Assembly: GCA_964452145.1 (NCBI GenBank)
Contig: CAYVLA010000085.1
Coordinates: 1-12,330, forward strand
DNA: 12,330 nt
Reading direction: 5' to 3'
Source: Candidatus Hadarchaeota archaeon
GTDB lineage: Archaea; CAYQAE01; CAYVLA01
The position numbers and the translations under genes are program-made. This document shows positions 7,739 through 12,330 of the stretch, one piece after another. The notes under the pieces are model-generated. The model ran no database searches. It was not told where the DNA came from and worked only from the letters and a program-made list of their open reading frames with translations. How positions within the stretch are numbered: the stretch's first letter is position 1; the number at the start of each line of letters is the position of its first letter.

Positions 7739-9124
7739 CTACTTGCCCCCCTTCTTGAGGATGATACGTTCGGCTTGTATGCGGGCATTCTCCAAGATTA
7801 TTCTGACGCCGGATCCCGCCGGCCACCCGACAGCCTCGGCGGGGAGTTCCATTCTGGGGGCTAGGAGACCCTCCTCCATCGCTGCGATCTTCTCGGCTTC
7901 CTCGGCCTCCTTCCAGCGTGCGACCACGGGATGGCCCCGCTCTCTGAGTGCCTCCTTGAGATCCGTGACGCTTGCGACCTCCTTCTCGGTCAGGATCTTG
8001 TCCCTGAGCTCCTCGGGGATCGCCTCCAACACGGCCCCCTTGATCTGGGAAGGAAGCCAGACTATCCGGCTCCAGCCACCGTCGGCTTGGAGGAATTTGG
8101 TCGATCGCATGTACTCCACGGCCATGCCCAGGAATCCGTGGCTCTGCTTTCCTCCGCCAGCCTGAGTTGCCATGGCCGAGAAAGCAAGCCCATTTACCGC
8201 CTCTCCCACGAAATCTCGGGGCACTATCCCTATCCCGTCGACCTCGGGTATGTAGAAGGCGATTGACTCAAAACAGCCACAGCTTGTCTGGGGATGATCA
8301 AAGATGCTATGAAGGAAGACCCTCTCCACCTCGCCCAAGGATCTCTCCTTGGTCACCGCATTGACGCCCGAGTACTCTCCCCGGAGATCGTCCAGGAGTT
8401 CGCCCTTCGGGATGGGGAAGTTCGGCCCCTTGGGGTCGACCCTGGACGCTGCGCGAGCATCAAACCAAGTTATGGCCCCGCAAAGCGCGATCCTAGTCGG
8501 GGTTATGGTGCAGACATGGGTCGGGGCGAAGCTTTGACAGAGAACGCAGCCGTAGAACTCATCGACATCCTCGTCTTTCAGAGCCCTCGCCCTGGCATCC
8601 CGGGCCTTGTAGATCTCCACAGCCATTTTCTGGAACTCCGCAATCTCCTTCTCGTCGGTGAAGAAGGTGAAGGATATCTTCTCCACTATCGGGAGCTCGG
8701 CCTTGAACAGCCTGGCCAAAGCAATGCCCAGGTACTTCAGGCTGTTGAAGCCCTTATCGTACGCCTTCTTGCCGAGCCTGCACCAGATGTCGTACCTCTG
8801 GTTCAGGTGCATGAATCCCTCGATATAGTTGCAGAACTCGTGTATTCGCCTCTCCAGAACTGCTTCAAGATCCTTCTCGATCTGCTCGCCGGCAACCTCC
8901 ATCAGTATTCCGAAGTTGTACCGCCCGTCCTCTGCCATCTCGGACAAGTCGGGGCCGACGATGGTGACCTTCCCGTCCTCGACCTCCGACGGTTTCCTCG
9001 CCTGGGTGAGCTCGGCCTTGAACTTCACCTTCGGCCCGCCAAGTTCAACGTACATGTCAGGCGTCCGGATGCGCTCGCCCTCGTAGATCATGCCCATCTC
9101 AAAAGGTAGCTCGGATGGCTCCAT
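7739..9124 (-). CDS. cdhC: ACDS beta subunit (acetyl-CoA synthase, A-cluster), archaeal short form
   Basis: YEGERIR, ERRIH, MHLNQRYDIW, FYGCVLCQSFAPTHVC, LCGAI, TSCGCFE, GGGKQ, FLQADGGW. Lacks the bacterial AcsB N-terminal domain. Start is ATG 9124 (TGATG overlap with cdhB, GGTGA upstream) or GTG 9127. Confidence 0.97.
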   Translation of the reverse strand: MEPSELPFEMGMIYEGERIRTPDMYVELGGPKVKFKAELTQARKPSEVEDGKVTIVGPDLSEMAEDGRYNFGILMEVAGEQIEKDLEAVLERRIHEFCNYIEGFMHLNQRYDIWCRLGKKAYDKGFNSLKYLGIALARLFKAELPIVEKISFTFFTDEKEIAEFQKMAVEIYKARDARARALKDEDVDEFYGCVLCQSFAPTHVCTITPTRIALCGAITWFDARAASRVDPKGPNFPIPKGELLDDLRGEYSGVNAVTKERSLGEVERVFLHSIFDHPQTSCGCFESIAFYIPEVDGIGIVPRDFVGEAVNGLAFSAMATQAGGGKQSHGFLGMAVEYMRSTKFLQADGGWSRIVWLPSQIKGAVLEAIPEELRDKILTEKEVASVTDLKEALRERGHPVVARWKEAEEAEKIAAMEEGLLAPRMELPAEAVGWPAGSGVRIILENARIQAERIILKKGGK

Positions 9125-9645
9125 CACTTCTCACCCCTGAGAAGACAGGCAAGCTTGCCCATCTCGGTCTCCCACAACGCCGGCGAAAGATTCGGCATGG
9201 AGTAGCTGGCGTTGGGCTGGTAGTAGCGCTGGAGGCTGATCGTTCTCGTTCCGTGGCCGAAATGCTTGATCGATGATAGCATCTGCGATGCGTAGTAATA
9301 GTCCATGCCGAGGAAGATGACTAGGTCATATCGGCCCTTCCCGTCGAATCCCGGCCAATCCGGATCCCTGAGCCTGTCGACTACCTCCAGGACATTCATG
9401 TAAGCATCGGGTTTGATCCCATCGAGGCTGGCCAGCAGCGGTCTGGTCTTGGGAGAAGCAACCAGTCCGGCGCCGGGGATTGCCCCTACGACGGACAGCT
9501 GAGCCCCCTCGCCAACCTCCGGCCCCACTACGGTAAGGATCCGCTTCGCTCTAGACATGATCCTGCTCATTCTCTCCGAGTCGGCCACCGCGGCTTTGAG
9601 GTGCCCGGGGTCGTTTCCAAGAAACCAGGGCGTCGCCTCTGACAC
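9124..9645 (-). CDS. cdhB: ACDS epsilon subunit
   Basis: 173 aa between cdhA and cdhC; AKRILTVVG, LRDPDWPGFDGKGRYDLVIFLG, YYASQMLSSIKHF, YYQPNASYSMPNL. GTG start 3 nt after the cdhA stop. Confidence 0.95.
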   Translation of the reverse strand: MSEATPWFLGNDPGHLKAAVADSERMSRIMSRAKRILTVVGPEVGEGAQLSVVGAIPGAGLVASPKTRPLLASLDGIKPDAYMNVLEVVDRLRDPDWPGFDGKGRYDLVIFLGMDYYYASQMLSSIKHFGHGTRTISLQRYYQPNASYSMPNLSPALWETEMGKLACLLRGEK

Positions 9646-9648
9646 GAA

Positions 9649-11976
9649 TCATCTACCTCTGACCAGCCTCTCGACTAGGGTGGGATCGGGGATCCTCTTG
9701 GGTTCCCAGTTCCGCTCCTTGAGCCGCTCCAATACCTCGGCCTTCATAATTATCGGGATGTCTGTCTGAGTCCTCACGAAAAGGTGCAGATCGTCCGGCA
9801 TCGATGCGAAGTACTTCTTGTGAAGATCAATATAGTGGTTCAGCTTGATCTGCCTGCCTTTGCTTGTGTCGTTAGGCCTTATGCAGAGCTTGGCCCCAGC
9901 AACGATCGCGTCCTCCTTGGAATCTGCTATGTACAGAAGGTGGAGCGGTGCCGGCTCGCTGCGAACCTTCGACCCATCTCGTGCATCGTACACCCACCAG
10001 TCCTCGTCCTTGTCCTGTCTGCCGACGTATGTTCTTCGGTACTTGGAGGCCTGGCCGCTCACTATCGCCGGGATACCGAGGCGGTTGAACCCGGTCGCTA
10101 TGGAGGCCGCCTTCTGGGACATCGCTCCCCAGGCGATGCCGACGGCACCGACCCTGTTGAGCACGTAGTCGGCTATCTCCTCGAAGTTGCCCCTCAGCCT
10201 CCTTCCAGCGAATATGCTTGCCACCTTGATGGCCGCTCCGGAGATGTGGGCATTGGCAACGCAGGATCCCACGTTGGACAGGCAGCCGCCGTCGAAGTCC
10301 CCCGGATATAGTTCATACAGGCTCTTCCCCTCACCATCCGTGTAGGTCGCAAGATCCATCGCCGAACAACCCGATGCGGTTACTATGTATCTGCGATCTA
10401 GGAAGATCTTGGCCATCTCGCCTATCTCTTTGTAGCCGTTGGGATAGTTCGGACAACCCACAAAGGCTATCACTCCCGGGATCTCGCCTAGGACTATCGG
10501 GGCCCCGACCTTGCGGATCTCCAGGTCCTGGATGGGCCCCCGGCCCGCCCGGAGTTTGAACTTCTCCTTGCTGATCCGAACGGACGCGCCTTCGTTTATC
10601 ATGTTGACTATCGGCATCTGTTGGGGACAGGCTGATTCGCAGCGACCGCATCCTATGCAAAGCTCGTAGAACGAGTCGAAGAGGGAGAAGTCTCCTTCCG
10701 CTGCCCTCGCCATTGCGGTTGGTATGTCCAGATTGCTCTGGCATTCCCTCACGCATGCACCGCAATCGGTACACCTGCCGGCCATGGAGGACAGACGCTT
10801 TGCGTCAGGCTTCTTCCCGTGTCCCTTCCTGTGAAGCTCGACCGCGGCCCGGACAGCCACCTCGCCGGTCTTCGCCTCATCCCTTATCAGCGCCCCCGGT
10901 ATCTTGTGCTCGACGAGGTCTCGTACTATCTCGTCGGCTGAGTCCTGTGTCCTGTCCCCAAGCCCGTAGCAGATCTTGGAGGTGGTGGCGATAACCGGAG
11001 TCTCCAGCTTCTTGGCCTCCTCCAGAACATCGGCCCTGACGCATTGCTCGTCCACTATTATGACGTCGGTTATCCCCATCCGGATGAACCTGAGCTGCTT
11101 GGAAAGGGGTCCGATCACCTTGGCAGCCTTGCTGTAACGTGAAAGGTCCAGCGCGGTGCAGCAGATCCCCGCAAGCTCGACCTGCTGCTCCATGCCCTGC
11201 TTCTCCAGGTATTCGATGACCTCGGCACCGGGGAGAACGTTGTGGCCTATGGCGAGGATCACCGGCTTTCCTGTGTCGATGCAGCCCATGCCTATGTCGA
11301 TCAGAGGTGCATCGGCGTCACCTTTCGGGTAGGGAAGGGCGACCACCTGAGCCAGGTCGGCGATCTCCATGAACATGTGATCGATCATGCTTATGTGGAG
11401 GGACTTGGACTCGAAATCCAGATGGTTGCCCTCCTGCCCCGTATGGGTGGATGAGAGAAGACCCATCAGTTCCCGCTCGCCGTACTCCAAGGCAGGGAGA
11501 AGATCCGCCAGGGTGGTCGGCCTGCTGCCGTGGATGAGGCGGGTCAGAGGCGCCTCCACATGGATCCTGTCCCCGACATCCACAGGGTGGTCGGGTCCAT
11601 GCTTCTTGATCAGCGTCTCAACCAACTCCCTGGCGTGGGAGCCATGCGCGGAGGCACCGATGCAGCATGCAAGCAGTATGATCCTCCCCTGCTGGCTCTC
11701 TATGTCGATGCCGCAGGCGCCCTTCTTGCCCTGTGACAGATCGCACTTGCCGTATGTACAGAGACAGCACATGTCGCAGAAGGGGGCGTACATGGGTCGG
11801 TACCGGGATAGAAGCTTTCTGTCCCAGTCCCTCAGGTCCAACGGACCGGGAGCCGGGGTCGGCCCACAGGCCTCTTCCCACTCCTCAGAGACCAGCTTTC
11901 CCACCTCTATCTGAAGCCCCCGGATCCGCCCCAGGGAGGTCACTACTTCATCGGCCCTTATCCTAGCCGCGCTCAT
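9649..11976 (-). CDS. cdhA: ACDS alpha subunit (archaeal Ni-CO dehydrogenase)
   Basis: CDMCCLCTYGKC...ACGI (D/B clusters); SAHGSHAR; C-cluster ligand motifs GHN, GICCT, DEQC, FVGC, SGCS, GSCV; SQKA; two extra ferredoxin-type motifs CTDCGACVREC and CIGCGRCESAC (E/F clusters) diagnostic of archaeal CdhA. Confidence 0.98.
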   Translation of the reverse strand: MSAARIRADEVVTSLGRIRGLQIEVGKLVSEEWEEACGPTPAPGPLDLRDWDRKLLSRYRPMYAPFCDMCCLCTYGKCDLSQGKKGACGIDIESQQGRIILLACCIGASAHGSHARELVETLIKKHGPDHPVDVGDRIHVEAPLTRLIHGSRPTTLADLLPALEYGERELMGLLSSTHTGQEGNHLDFESKSLHISMIDHMFMEIADLAQVVALPYPKGDADAPLIDIGMGCIDTGKPVILAIGHNVLPGAEVIEYLEKQGMEQQVELAGICCTALDLSRYSKAAKVIGPLSKQLRFIRMGITDVIIVDEQCVRADVLEEAKKLETPVIATTSKICYGLGDRTQDSADEIVRDLVEHKIPGALIRDEAKTGEVAVRAAVELHRKGHGKKPDAKRLSSMAGRCTDCGACVRECQSNLDIPTAMARAAEGDFSLFDSFYELCIGCGRCESACPQQMPIVNMINEGASVRISKEKFKLRAGRGPIQDLEIRKVGAPIVLGEIPGVIAFVGCPNYPNGYKEIGEMAKIFLDRRYIVTASGCSAMDLATYTDGEGKSLYELYPGDFDGGCLSNVGSCVANAHISGAAIKVASIFAGRRLRGNFEEIADYVLNRVGAVGIAWGAMSQKAASIATGFNRLGIPAIVSGQASKYRRTYVGRQDKDEDWWVYDARDGSKVRSEPAPLHLLYIADSKEDAIVAGAKLCIRPNDTSKGRQIKLNHYIDLHKKYFASMPDDLHLFVRTQTDIPIIMKAEVLERLKERNWEPKRIPDPTLVERLVRGR

Positions 11977-12221
11977 TTCTCCTCGCCTCCGCCCTCAACG
12001 GGCACCTCTCCAGATTTGAGGGGCAGGGGAGATTCCTTTCTCATGAGCTCGAAGAGCCGCAGGTTTCCCCTGTACCTCTTTGACCGCGACATCCTCCTGA
12101 GGGTCTTGGGCTTGGTGAGCTTTCCGGTCTCCAGTATGCTCTCCTTTGTCAAGGCGTTCAGGAGGTCGTCGCCCTTCTGGGTCCTTGTGATCACGGTGCA
12201 CCAGCCCTCCGGCGCACTTGC
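11973..12221 (-). CDS. C-terminal fragment of probable FrhB/FdhB-family (coenzyme F420 hydrogenase/dehydrogenase beta subunit-like) protein; 5' part missing or disrupted
   Basis: ASAPEGWCTVITRTQKGDDLLNAL resembles the FrhB C-terminal pattern (GS)P.GWSTVI.RT.KG.ELL, followed by a basic helix (KTLRRMSRSKR). Host-like codon usage (AGG Arg). Stop overlaps the cdhA start (ATGA). The expected upstream C..C.D...ADIS.G segment is not present in any frame within the window. Confidence 0.6.
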   Translation of the reverse strand, partial: ASAPEGWCTVITRTQKGDDLLNALTKESILETGKLTKPKTLRRMSRSKRYRGNLRLFELMRKESPLPLKSGEVPVEGGGEEK

Positions 12222-12228
12222 GCACACG

Positions 12229-12330
12229 CATGGACGGGAAGACCAGGCGGATAATCCGCTCGTCGAGCAGCAGCCCCCAGTTCCGCAGCCGCTCCATCGT
12301 GTCGTAGCCGTACTTCTTCAGCGTCGCCTC
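12229..12330 (-). other. Internal fragment of an unrelated, very high-GC3 coding sequence at the window edge
   Basis: Reads EATLKKYGYDTMERLRNWGLLLDERIIRLVFPSM. 33 of 34 codons end in G/C and all four Arg codons are CGG/CGC. It is out of frame with the FrhB-like fragment. Product not recognised. Confidence 0.5.

Noticed and set aside
7737..7826. 30-aa N-terminal extension of CooC given by the ORF track
   Set aside because: It overlaps the conserved cdhC C-terminus; CooC proteins begin just before the GKGG motif, matching ATG 7736.
779..11966. Many long + strand ORFs opposite nrdJ and the cdh genes (e.g. 2086-2808, 4791-5495, 6514-7290, 8294-9109, 9784-10311, 11387-11914)
   Set aside because: They lie antisense to well-conserved genes, show no recognisable motifs, and are expected shadows of GC-rich codon usage.
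11995..12297. 100-aa ORF MERLRNWG... as a complete gene
   Set aside because: The frame is open to the window edge, so the ATG is probably internal. After about 12225 it loses its codon bias and runs out of frame over the FrhB-like fragment.
12318..12320. In-frame TGA upstream of the FrhB-like fragment as selenocysteine
   Set aside because: The surrounding translation (RRR*RSTATTRWSG) has no FrhB similarity and another frame is clearly the coding one there.

Overview
Gene-dense, GC-rich archaeal chromosomal window. Most of it (4379-11976, minus strand) is a complete, canonically ordered archaeal-type acetyl-CoA decarbonylase/synthase (ACDS, Wood-Ljungdahl carbonyl branch) operon: cdhA-cdhB-cdhC-cooC-cdhD-cdhE. 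The operon is preceded by the translationally coupled 3' end of a probable FrhB/FdhB-family (F420-interacting) gene and followed by a DUF166-like gene. A second DUF166-like paralog, carrying an extra four-Cys motif, converges on the first and is divergent from an ATP-cone class II (AdoCbl-dependent) ribonucleotide reductase (nrdJ). The window begins inside a signal-peptide-bearing GATase1-like (DUF1355-type) gene that the ORF track missed. The last ~100 nt look like a different coding sequence joined onto the FrhB-like gene (chimeric join, insertion or frameshift). No RNA genes, CRISPR arrays or recognisable mobile elements were seen. All family calls come from motif recognition by eye, not database searches. 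The best leads are a possibly F420-coupled CODH, a DUF166 pair sitting between two corrinoid enzymes, and a beta-strand motif shared by the termini of three ACDS subunits.
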